Below, one piece after another: positions 27,646-36,769 of a DNA stretch of 51,436 nucleotides. The translations under genes and the position numbers were made by a program. The stretch covers positions 1-51,436 of the forward strand of contig DRIF01000082.1 of the NCBI GenBank assembly GCA_011052825.1, written 5' to 3'. A model generated the notes under the pieces. It was not told where the DNA came from. It was given only the letters and a program-made list of their open reading frames with translations, and made no database searches. The stretch comes from Thermoplasmatales archaeon. GTDB lineage: Archaea; Thermoplasmatota; E2; UBA202; JdFR-43. Within the stretch, counting starts at the first letter, position 1; each line of letters begins with the position of its first letter.

Positions 27646-28802
27646 TTTTAACAGGAATTCCAAAACTGGATGAATTTCTGAATGGAATACCAGAAGGAAA
27701 ATCTCTACTCTTTCATGTTGAGCCAGGTGTTGAGGAAAGTAATATAGGAATACATGTTTTGCATAAAAATCTGGAAAATGGTTTGTATGGGATATATGTT
27801 GTTTCTGAAAGTTCTCCAAAAATTGTTGATAAAGTTTTCAATGAATTCAATTGGAATCTTGATAAATATGATAACCTCATAATAGTTGATGGATATTCTT
27901 CTCTCATTGGAGCACCAACAGATAAAAAGTATGTTGTTGAGGAACCACATGACATAGAAAGTTATGAGGATGTTCTCATGGAGATAATAGAAAATATTAA
28001 AGGAAAAGGTATAATTGTTTTTGATTCACTCTCAAACATAATGGATATGTGTGGGGAAAAAAAGACATTATCAGGAATAGAAAGAATAAATGATATACTC
28101 TCTGGAGAGGGATTTTCATCAATTTATAATTTTATTGCATGGCCATACAAAGAATCTGTAATGTATAGGATGAAAAGGATTTTCAATGCAATTATTGAGG
28201 TGAATAATATAGGAGATACAATAATGCGTCAGAGGATGTTTATAAAAAAGGTTGACTGGTCAGATAGTGAGGGGAAAAAGCTGGAATTCAAGATTTTTAA
28301 ACCAGAGGGAATAAGGATATATATACCAAAAATAAGTGTTGTTGGACCATTTTATTCAGGCAAAACAACTTTTATTAAATCCATAGCCCATAAATTCACA
28401 CCAGTGGAAAGACTTGGGGCGACTGTTGGAGTTGAATATGGAATAGTTGATTATAAGGGATATAGAGCAGAAATTTTTGGAATACCTGGACAGGAAAGAT
28501 TCTTGCCTTTGTTGAATAAAATAGGAGTTTCTTCGAAAGGAGTTTTTTTGGTTGTGGATTCGACTAAACCAGAAGAATTTGATTTTGCAAAAAAAATTCT
28601 TGGTGAATTTAAAAATATTCCATATATAATTGTTGCAAACAAACAGGATTTGCCAAATGCTCTGAAGGGAGATGAGATAAAGGAAAGAATGGGATTAAAA
28701 GATGCAACTGTTGTTGAAACCATTGCCACTGAAGGCAAGGGCGTTTATGAAGCTTTTGAATTGATGGCTAACAGAATAGTGGAGGATTTAAATGCTCGCT
28801 AA
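27642..28802 (+). CDS. Fusion protein: degenerate KaiC/RecA-like domain + MglA/Ras-like small GTPase
   Basis: N-terminal half GIPKLDEFLNGIPEGKSLLFHVEPGVEESN is KaiC-like but has no GKT/S. C-terminal half has G1 GPFYSGKT, G3 GIPGQE (Asp-less, as in MglA), G4 NKQD and G5-like ATEG. ATGA overlap with the Roadblock gene. Confidence 0.7.
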   Translation: MILTGIPKLDEFLNGIPEGKSLLFHVEPGVEESNIGIHVLHKNLENGLYGIYVVSESSPKIVDKVFNEFNWNLDKYDNLIIVDGYSSLIGAPTDKKYVVEEPHDIESYEDVLMEIIENIKGKGIIVFDSLSNIMDMCGEKKTLSGIERINDILSGEGFSSIYNFIAWPYKESVMYRMKRIFNAIIEVNNIGDTIMRQRMFIKKVDWSDSEGKKLEFKIFKPEGIRIYIPKISVVGPFYSGKTTFIKSIAHKFTPVERLGATVGVEYGIVDYKGYRAEIFGIPGQERFLPLLNKIGVSSKGVFLVVDSTKPEEFDFAKKILGEFKNIPYIIVANKQDLPNALKGDEIKERMGLKDATVVETIATEGKGVYEAFELMANRIVEDLNAR

Positions 28803-29508
28803 AACAGGAATAGACAGAATAGACGAGCTTTTAAAGGGAGGTATACCTGTAAAGAGCAATGTCCTGATATATGCAACTCCGTTCATAGGGAAAGAGATAA
28901 TATTGAAGAGATTTGCACTTTCAGGGCTTGCTGAAGGAGATAGAATAATATTTGTTCTGACTGACAAACCTTTCAGAGATTTGAGTGAGGAAATGAGAAA
29001 ACTGGATGGAAGGTATGCTGAATATGAAAAAAATGGTTTGGTAAAGTTCATTGATGTATATTCTCCAAGTGTTGAATTAAAGGAGAAAAGCAAATGGGTT
29101 ACTTTCATCGACAGTCCAATAAACAGGGAAAGAATAGCATCTTCAGTTATACAAACAATGAGGGAAAAAGAAGGAAATTACAGGGTAATTTTCGATTCTC
29201 TCTCAACTCTTATTGTATATTCAGATGCAAAAGCTGTTTTCAGATTTTTGCAGGTATTGAGTGGTATGTGCAAAAGAATGAATGCAACCTCAATGTTCAG
29301 CATGACAAGAGGGATGCATGAGGAAATAGAGGTTCAAACAATAAAACATTTAATGGATGGAGTTATAGAATTGAGGGAGGAGGGAGCAAGACTCCAGCTC
29401 CGTGTTCAGGGATGCGGAGAAGTTATTTCCCGTCACTGGATTGATTATTTACTGGAGGAAGATGAAATACGACTTACTGGGGCTTTCAGAATGGGGAGAG
29501 TTGCTTAG
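28792..29508 (+). CDS. KaiC/RecA-superfamily ATPase-like protein with degenerate Walker A
   Basis: GIDRIDELLKGGIPVKSNVLIYATPFIGKE (GK present, Ser/Thr replaced by Glu) and Walker-B-like VIFDSLS. GGAGGA SD upstream. 11-nt overlap with the previous gene. Confidence 0.6.
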   Translation: MLAKTGIDRIDELLKGGIPVKSNVLIYATPFIGKEIILKRFALSGLAEGDRIIFVLTDKPFRDLSEEMRKLDGRYAEYEKNGLVKFIDVYSPSVELKEKSKWVTFIDSPINRERIASSVIQTMREKEGNYRVIFDSLSTLIVYSDAKAVFRFLQVLSGMCKRMNATSMFSMTRGMHEEIEVQTIKHLMDGVIELREEGARLQLRVQGCGEVISRHWIDYLLEEDEIRLTGAFRMGRVA

Positions 29509-29525
29509 ATTAGAAATTACTTAGA

Positions 29526-29909
29526 TTAGAAATTCGTTAAACTCAGTAAAAAAATAATTATAATTAAAATAAAAACAAGGGCAATTATTCCCAAAATTTT
29601 TACCATACTCCAATCATTTGAAAAAAATATTGGAATTGGTCCCAAAAGAATTATACCTCCTGCTTTTTTGTTTGTTTGTAAATCTTCTCCCAAAATTTTT
29701 ATTTCATCATCAAATTTTTCAGGAATGGAAAAAAGGAATATGGCTATTGATAAAAAAATTAGAATAATGCCTGCTAAACTCAAAATTCCACTTCCATAAA
29801 TAAATGGGAAGATTAAAAAAACTCCAGCTTTTGACTCGCCTTCTATAAAAGAAATTATCAGAAGTATAATGCCTAATACAAACAATAATTGAGAAATTTT
29901 ATTTCCCAT
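29526..29909 (-). CDS. Small integral membrane protein (DUF131/TIGR00304-like)
   Basis: Three to four hydrophobic helices. GGIILLGPIPI motif. Overlaps the uppS 3' end by 11 nt. Confidence 0.5.
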   Translation of the reverse strand: MGNKISQLLFVLGIILLIISFIEGESKAGVFLIFPFIYGSGILSLAGIILIFLSIAIFLFSIPEKFDDEIKILGEDLQTNKKAGGIILLGPIPIFFSNDWSMVKILGIIALVFILIIIIFLLSLTNF

Positions 29910-30771
29910 ATCTTCTCTGCCTCCTCTGATAGGATTGAATTGCCTTCAAAAAATCTGTTTTTTTGAATGCTGGCCAGTAAACATCTGCAAAATAAAGTTC
30001 AGAGTAAGCAAGTTGCCATAGTAAAAAATTTGATATTCTTTCCTCTCCCGAGGTTCTCAGCACCAGATCAGGATCTGGAATTGGAAGGTGAGATGTATAA
30101 AGATATGAAGAAAGAAGTTCCTTATCTATTTCATCTGGAGATATTTTTCCTTTTTCAACTTCTCTGACGATCTTTTTTAAGGCATCAATAATTTCTTCTC
30201 TTCCTCCATAACCTATTGCAATGTTAAAATAATACTCATCATAATCCTTTGTTTTTTCCATAACTTCTTCTGCTGCCCTTCTAACATTTTCAGGGAGCAG
30301 GTCAATTTGACCTATCACCTTTATTCTCACTTTCTTTTCCTTTATCTTTTCTTCATTTGCAAGTTTTTGTAAATCTTTTTCAAATAAATTCATTAGATGT
30401 TCAACTTCCTTTTTTGACCTTTTGAAATTATCTGTTGAAAATGCAAAAACAGTCAATATTTTTACACCAAGTTCGTAGCACCACTCAATAACCTCCCCAA
30501 GTTTATCCTTTCCCATTTCATGCCCTTTTTGAGGTGGCATTCCTTGCATAAGAGCATATCTCCTGTTTCCATCCATTATTATTGCAACATGTTTTGGAAT
30601 TGGATATCTGACCACTTCATCCATAATTTTTTTTGCAATTATTCTCTCCATTTCATCATATATAATTCTGAAAATTTTATTGTTTTTTATCTGATGTATC
30701 ACCTGTTTTGCAAAATTTGTTTCTATTGCAATGTCTCCTATTTTCTGGAGTTTTTTCTTGAACATCTTCAA
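29899..30771 (-). CDS. uppS: cis-prenyltransferase (undecaprenyl/di-trans,poly-cis polyprenyl diphosphate synthase)
   Basis: HVAIIMDGNRRYA, FAFSTDNFKR and RTSGEERISNFLLWQ motifs. Confidence 0.9.
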   Translation of the reverse strand: MKMFKKKLQKIGDIAIETNFAKQVIHQIKNNKIFRIIYDEMERIIAKKIMDEVVRYPIPKHVAIIMDGNRRYALMQGMPPQKGHEMGKDKLGEVIEWCYELGVKILTVFAFSTDNFKRSKKEVEHLMNLFEKDLQKLANEEKIKEKKVRIKVIGQIDLLPENVRRAAEEVMEKTKDYDEYYFNIAIGYGGREEIIDALKKIVREVEKGKISPDEIDKELLSSYLYTSHLPIPDPDLVLRTSGEERISNFLLWQLAYSELYFADVYWPAFKKTDFLKAIQSYQRRQRRYGK

Positions 30772-30863
30772 TATTTATAATAAAAACTCTTTAAATAATT
30801 GATGTTTTTGTAAATTTAATGAGAAAAAGAGAGAAATGAAATTCAATGTTTTCTTTTTAATAC

Positions 30864-33800
30864 ATTTCAACCTTTATAGGTATCTATAAACTAGTTATGA
30901 AAAATATAAATTCATCATTTAAAACCAGTTTCAATCCCTTATAGGTATTCTATAAACTTAAAAAGAGAAAGCGAAACAGATGTAGAGATAGCACTGTTTC
31001 AATCCCTTATAGGTATTCTATAAACTTGCATTCCACCTTTTAATTTCATTATATAAATCCTTGTTTCAATCCCTTATAGGTATTCTATAAACTTATACAA
31101 TCACTGTTACATCTATTACCTTCACCGGTTTCAATCCCTTATAGGTATTCTATAAACTTAAAAAGAGAAAGCGAAACAGATGTAGAGATAGCACTGTTTC
31201 AATCCCTTATAGGTATTCTATAAACTTTTGTCTTTAGATACAAAATCTTTGATAAAATTCAGTTTCAATCCCTTATAGGTATTCTATAAACTTTATCGTA
31301 GAATTGGTAATTGGTGTTTCAGATATGTGTTTCAATCCCTTATAGGTATTCTATAAACATCTCCCTTGCAATCATTTCAATTTTGCTGATTTCAGTTTCA
31401 ATCCCTTATAGGTATTCTATAAACGTAGTATGCTGGACAGTATTGTAATCCATTTTCATCAGTTTCAATCCCTTATAGGTATTCTATAAACCAAGAGCTG
31501 GATAATTATTTTGGCATAGAGGATCCGGTTTCAATCCCTTATAGGTATTCTATAAACTTCGAGCCAATCCAGAGAATTCCATCCGAAGTCCAAGTTTCAA
31601 TCCCTTATAGGTATTCTATAAACTTACAGATGGTGCGTTTCCAACAAATTCACCTATATGTTTCAATCCCTTATAGGTATTCTATAAACAAAATATGGTC
31701 TTGAGGATGAACTGGACAGAGTGAAGTTTCAATCCCTTATAGGTATTCTATAAACCTATTAATTCCAGTAGTTTTAATGTATCAATTTTTTGTTTCAATC
31801 CCTTATAGGTATTCTATAAACCTATTAATTCCAGTAGTTTTAATGTATCAATTTTTTGTTTCAATCCCTTATAGGTATTCTATAAACCCTTCCTTTATCC
31901 ACTTTGCTAACGCCCGAAATGGAGTTTCAATCCCTTATAGGTATTCTATAAACTGATTGATCTGTCTGGCGATGGGGTGCTTCTATGAAGTTTCAATCCC
32001 TTATAGGTATTCTATAAACACCTGCCTTTAAAGTTTATCAGATTTTGGGAAGTGGTTTCAATCCCTTATAGGTATTCTATAAACTTTAAAAAAGAAGATT
32101 AAGATGACCTGCAGAATTTGGTTTCAATCCCTTATAGGTATTCTATAAACTACTTGGTAGACTATGTTACATCATATCTACCAGAGTTTCAATCCCTTAT
32201 AGGTATTCTATAAACTCTTCAGAAATAACACCAGTGCATGGCTCATATTCTCGTTTCAATCCCTTATAGGTATTCTATAAACTCCCCTTCTATTTTTGCA
32301 AGTGCTGGAAGCAAAATAGTTTCAATCCCTTATAGGTATTCTATAAACTTAACTATTGCAGGTATGGTTTTGATGCTTTTTTCCAGTTTCAATCCCTTAT
32401 AGGTATTCTATAAACCCAATAATGATGATTGGATATTAAGATGGCAACAGTGTTTCAATCCCTTATAGGTATTCTATAAACTGCCTCCTTCCTCCTTTGC
32501 TTTTTTTATCTTTGCTTTGTTTCAATCCCTTATAGGTATTCTATAAACTCATTTTCTTACCAAAAATATCTCCTATATCCACCTTGTTTCAATCCCTTAT
32601 AGGTATTCTATAAACGTTTTGTCTTCTGATGTTAAATAGCGAGATAAGTCAGTTTCAATCCCTTATAGGTATTCTATAAACGTACTGTTACAGACGTGTT
32701 ACCATACAAAGAAGAAAAGTTTCAATCCCTTATAGGTATTCTATAAACACAACTCTTTAATAGTTCCCAAAAAACCTTTTTTAGGTTTCAATCCCTTATA
32801 GGTATTCTATAAACACCGTAGAGCTTGCATAAGTGCCCGTATCATCATCAGTTTCAATCCCTTATAGGTATTCTATAAACGCATTTAATGACGATGCTCT
32901 TGCAATACCTATACGAGTTTCAATCCCTTATAGGTATTCTATAAACTCATCAAGTTGTGTGAGTGTTCCATCATCAGTTCTAGTTTCAATCCCTTATAGG
33001 TATTCTATAAACCCTCCACCATTATATGAAACATTTATTTTCATTTGAGTTTCAATCCCTTATAGGTATTCTATAAACTATAATTTGGTGGTGGTGGTTT
33101 ACCTCTTATTAATTCGTTTCAATCCCTTATAGGTATTCTATAAACTATTTTGTTGTTAAATTGCCAGAGGGTTCATATATTAGTTTCAATCCCTTATAGG
33201 TATTCTATAAACCCTCCTGCCCCGTATGGAATTGCTGGAAAAATTTTAAGTTTCAATCCCTTATAGGTATTCTATAAACTGATTTACTATAAAAATAATC
33301 AATAGCCATTTCTCTGTTTCAATCCCTTATAGGTATTCTATAAACTTTTGATATATTTCGGAATATCATTATTTGTTTCTAGTTTCAATCCCTTATAGGT
33401 ATTCTATAAACTTACAACGATGCAGGAAGGTTTACCGACAATTGAGAGTTTCAATCCCTTATAGGTATTCTATAAACTTTAGGAGAAGTAGGAAAAGCAA
33501 TATCTGTGATTTTGTTTCAATCCCTTATAGGTATTCTATAAACACATTGCTACAACAAAGACAATAACAAGTATTATGAGTTTCAATCCCTTATAGGTAT
33601 TCTATAAACGCAATATATTGAAGCAGAATGGAATGGATTATCCTAGTTTCAATCCCTTATAGGTATTCTATAAACTTTTATTGATGAAAGCACAGATCCA
33701 GATGGATATAGTTTCAATCCCTTATAGGTATTCTATAAACGCTTTTTGCCATGTATATTTGTCTTTTGCTCGTATGTTTCAATCCCTTATAGGTATTCTA

Positions 33801-34863
33801 TAAACGAACTTGATACAACATTGTTAGCTTCATCAACTACAGTTTCAATCCCTTATAGGTATTCTATAAACATAAGTGCATAAAAATTATCACTTGTAGA
33901 AATATTGTTTCAATCCCTTATAGGTATTCTATAAACACATATCATTAATAGTGAATGATAATCTTAATTGGTGTTTCAATCCCTTATAGGTATTCTATAA
34001 ACCCTGCTCTTCTTCTTATTCTGCTTTTATATAGTATGGTTTCAATCCCTTATAGGTATTCTATAAACGATTTGATAAAAAGAATTGATGAAGCGATAAA
34101 ATAAAGTTTCAATCCCTTATAGGTATTCTATAAACCTACCTGTTCCCGATGAAACTCCTGTATAAAGAAGAGTTTCAATCCCTTATAGGTATTCTATAAA
34201 CATTATGCGATTGTTCCAGAAAAAATCAGCATAGATGGGTTTCAATCCCTTATAGGTATTCTATAAACTTTTAACTTATTTATACTGATTGCTGAGACAT
34301 TATCGTTTCAATCCCTTATAGGTATTCTATAAACCTTTGATTTCTTTTCCAATATCCCCTACTCTCAGCAGTTTCAATCCCTTATAGGTATTCTATAAAC
34401 TCTTCCCATTTTTGCTGTCTGATATCTATTATTTTGGTTTCAATCCCTTATAGGTATTCTATAAACTTGATAAATTGAATTTCCATCTCCATCATAAAAT
34501 GAAGTTTCAATCCCTTATAGGTATTCTATAAACTTTTGTCAGGGTGACAGATGGCAAAGTTTTTCAAATGTTTCAATCCCTTATAGGTATTCTATAAACT
34601 TTACAATAGTTCCTGAAGTAAATCCAGCAGAAGAAGTTTCAATCCCTTATAGGTATTCTATAAACGGAATTGAAAATATATTCTCTATAATCTGTTACTT
34701 CAGTTTCAATCCCTTATAGGTATTCTATAAACCCATCCCCTCTGAGGAGGTGAACAATGCAGACATAGTTTCAATCCCTTATAGGTATTCTATAAACTCT
34801 CCATTGCTTACATCTGTTGCCCCTGAATTTCCAGTTTCAATCCCTTATAGGTATTCTATAAAC
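30864..34863 (-). CRISPR. CRISPR array: 60 identical 30-nt repeats + 1 degenerate terminal repeat, 60 spacers of 35-38 nt
   Basis: The plus strand shows GTTTCAATCCCTTATAGGTATTCTATAAAC from 30928-30957 to 34834-34863. All 60 copies were located by hand. A degenerate copy, atttcaacctttataggtatctataaac, lies at 30864-30891. The reverse complement ends in ATTGAAAC. Confidence 0.97.
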
Positions 34864-35006
34864 TCGTTCACTCAGGTGTTCTTATCTTTAAATTTTATCG
34901 AGTTTTAATAGTTATCGTAGTAAAAAAGGCACATTTTAACACTTTTCTCTTAAAAATTTTCGTCTATCCTTCTAATATTTTGCACTATTGTAATTCGACG
35001 GAGAAA
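34864..35006 (-). promoter_or_regulatory. CRISPR leader (AT-rich) between cas2 and the first repeat
   Basis: 143-nt non-coding AT-rich tract. The minus strand reads ...AAAATTTAAAGATAAGAACACCTGAGTGAACGA directly before the first repeat, with a TATA-like box about 25-35 nt upstream. Confidence 0.6.
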
Positions 35007-35258
35007 CTATATAATCATTTCTTCTCCGCCTTTTTGAATCCCCATAACCTCTCTTTTTGTATATTTGGTGGTTCTCATTATGTAAAATACAATCGAATCC
35101 TCTTCCGGATTAATCGTTTCTTTAAGCTCCAATTTTAATTTAGCAAAGCCTACATCTGAAATCTCTCCCTCCAACACTGAATTTTGAATCCAATTAAGAT
35201 ATTTTCTTGCAATCTTGAGAACCTTATTTACTCTTTTCTCACTTATATCATAAACCAT
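35007..35258 (-). CDS. cas2: CRISPR-associated endoribonuclease Cas2
   Basis: MVYDISEKRVNKVLKIARKYLNWIQNSVLEGEI... is a Cas2 N-terminal pattern. ATG at 35258 (the ORF track starts at TTG 35285). Confidence 0.9.
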   Translation of the reverse strand: MVYDISEKRVNKVLKIARKYLNWIQNSVLEGEISDVGFAKLKLELKETINPEEDSIVFYIMRTTKYTKREVMGIQKGGEEMII

Positions 35259-35271
35259 TATGAGATATATT

Positions 35272-36273
35272 TTACCACCTCGCAATGAAGGGCTTGTATT
35301 TTTCTTCTTCCATCAAATGTTTCTGCAACTTATATAATTCCATTCTTATAAGGCGACGATAAGACACATTTCTTCCTAGCTTATCATGTTTTATTGTTGA
35401 TTTTAGTTTATTTTCAAATTCTCTTACAAAAATAGTTCTTCCTTTTTCATTTAAATACACTTTGTTTAATTCTTTCATAAAATGTTCATCCCCTAGCATT
35501 TCCTTATTTAGCAAGTAAAATATAGTTCTGTCTACAATAATGGGTTTAAATACCTCAGCTATATCCAAGTTTAAGGTAAATCTTCTGAAATTTGTTGCAT
35601 GCAAAAAACCTATGCGTGGGTCTAAATGTGTTTTATATACCTCTCCTAATACAACAGTATACAACAAACCATTTCCAAAACTTATTAGCGTATTTATTCT
35701 TGTTTTGGGTGGTCTTTTACTCCTTTTATCAAAAACAAATTTCTCGCTTTTTATAATTTCGTTAAATGCTTCGTAGTAACAATTTCTTATGTTACCTTCG
35801 ATTGCCATTAACTTTTCTATTGTGTATTGAAGAGAAACCTCTCTTTGCAATTCCTCAATATTCTCTATATACTTATTTAGAGAAACACTACGAGCATTAT
35901 AGTATTTTAAAACGCGGAGCATGTTTGCTATTGCTCCTTCCACAAATTTTCTCGCAAGTTCCAATCTTTTCTCTTTATCCAAATAATATTCAGCTTGTTT
36001 TAAAATCATGTATCCAGAATTATAATGCTCTCTTGGATAATAACTTCCAACATAATATCCATAGTAATTAAAAAAATGGAGTATAATTTCTTGTTGAGAT
36101 AAAAATTCCAGCAATTTTTTATTTATAGTAACTTCTCCAAAAATCATAAATTCAGCCACATTTTCTACAGGTAAATATTTCCTTCCCTTTTCTCCTTCAA
36201 AATATAAGGTATTTTGTTGCCTTTTCAACTCACCGTTTGAAAATATATAAATTGTTCTTTTCATTTTACTCAC
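35272..36273 (-). CDS. cas1: CRISPR-associated endonuclease Cas1
   Basis: RTIYIFSNGELKRQQNTLYF N-terminus, GFLH and DIAEVFKP segments. Start is GTG 36273 or ATG 36264. Confidence 0.95.
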   Translation of the reverse strand: MSKMKRTIYIFSNGELKRQQNTLYFEGEKGRKYLPVENVAEFMIFGEVTINKKLLEFLSQQEIILHFFNYYGYYVGSYYPREHYNSGYMILKQAEYYLDKEKRLELARKFVEGAIANMLRVLKYYNARSVSLNKYIENIEELQREVSLQYTIEKLMAIEGNIRNCYYEAFNEIIKSEKFVFDKRSKRPPKTRINTLISFGNGLLYTVVLGEVYKTHLDPRIGFLHATNFRRFTLNLDIAEVFKPIIVDRTIFYLLNKEMLGDEHFMKELNKVYLNEKGRTIFVREFENKLKSTIKHDKLGRNVSYRRLIRMELYKLQKHLMEEEKYKPFIARW

Positions 36274-36768
36274 CTATGCCCAACAAAAATATCGGTATGC
36301 ACATTTTCTACAATATTTTGTTTTTCTTGGTGGAGGTGGTTTTTCTTTAGCAATAATTTTTTTAATGTGTTCAACTGTTTTCTCAATTTCCTTTTCCAAT
36401 TCTTCATTTAATTCTATCCTAATTCTTTTCTTTTCCTTTGGTATAAGCAATTCACCCTTTGCTTCTATTCCCATTCTTTTTAGTTTATACAGATAATAAG
36501 CTAATTGCATTTTTGCAGATAATTCAAATCTAGATGATTTCTTTACTTCGCAAATGATATAGTCATTTTCTCCTCTTTTCAATAAATCCAACTTCATTCC
36601 ATTCAAAGAAATTTCCCTCTTCTCCCTTTTATATGCATATTCATGAAATATTCTTCCTAGTTCTACTAAAGGATTATCTTGCTCAGGATTTATCTCATGA
36701 GCCATAAGCCAAACTTCTCTGAGGCAGATGTAGTAGTACCATATTAGGGTAGGAATTATAGAGGACAT
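36274..36768 (-). CDS. cas4: CRISPR-associated exonuclease Cas4 (RecB-like, Fe-S)
   Basis: N-terminal Cys (YYICLREVW), a DxK-like core (ICEVKKS) and a C-terminal CRKCAYRYFC cluster. Confidence 0.9.
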   Translation of the reverse strand: MSSIIPTLIWYYYICLREVWLMAHEINPEQDNPLVELGRIFHEYAYKREKREISLNGMKLDLLKRGENDYIICEVKKSSRFELSAKMQLAYYLYKLKRMGIEAKGELLIPKEKKRIRIELNEELEKEIEKTVEHIKKIIAKEKPPPPRKTKYCRKCAYRYFCWA

Positions 36769-36769
36769 T

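Noticed and set aside
32833-33567. ORF-track entries 32833..33048 and 33373..33567 (peptides with recurring VSIPYRYSIN)
   Set aside because: They lie wholly inside the CRISPR array. The repeating peptide is just the translated 30-nt repeat.
30892-34833. Self-targeting spacers against this window (integrase scar, IS genes, GC island, cassette)
   Set aside because: I found no match while reading, but visual comparison of 60 spacers against 51 kb is unreliable. This needs a BLASTN-short search and is not claimed either way.
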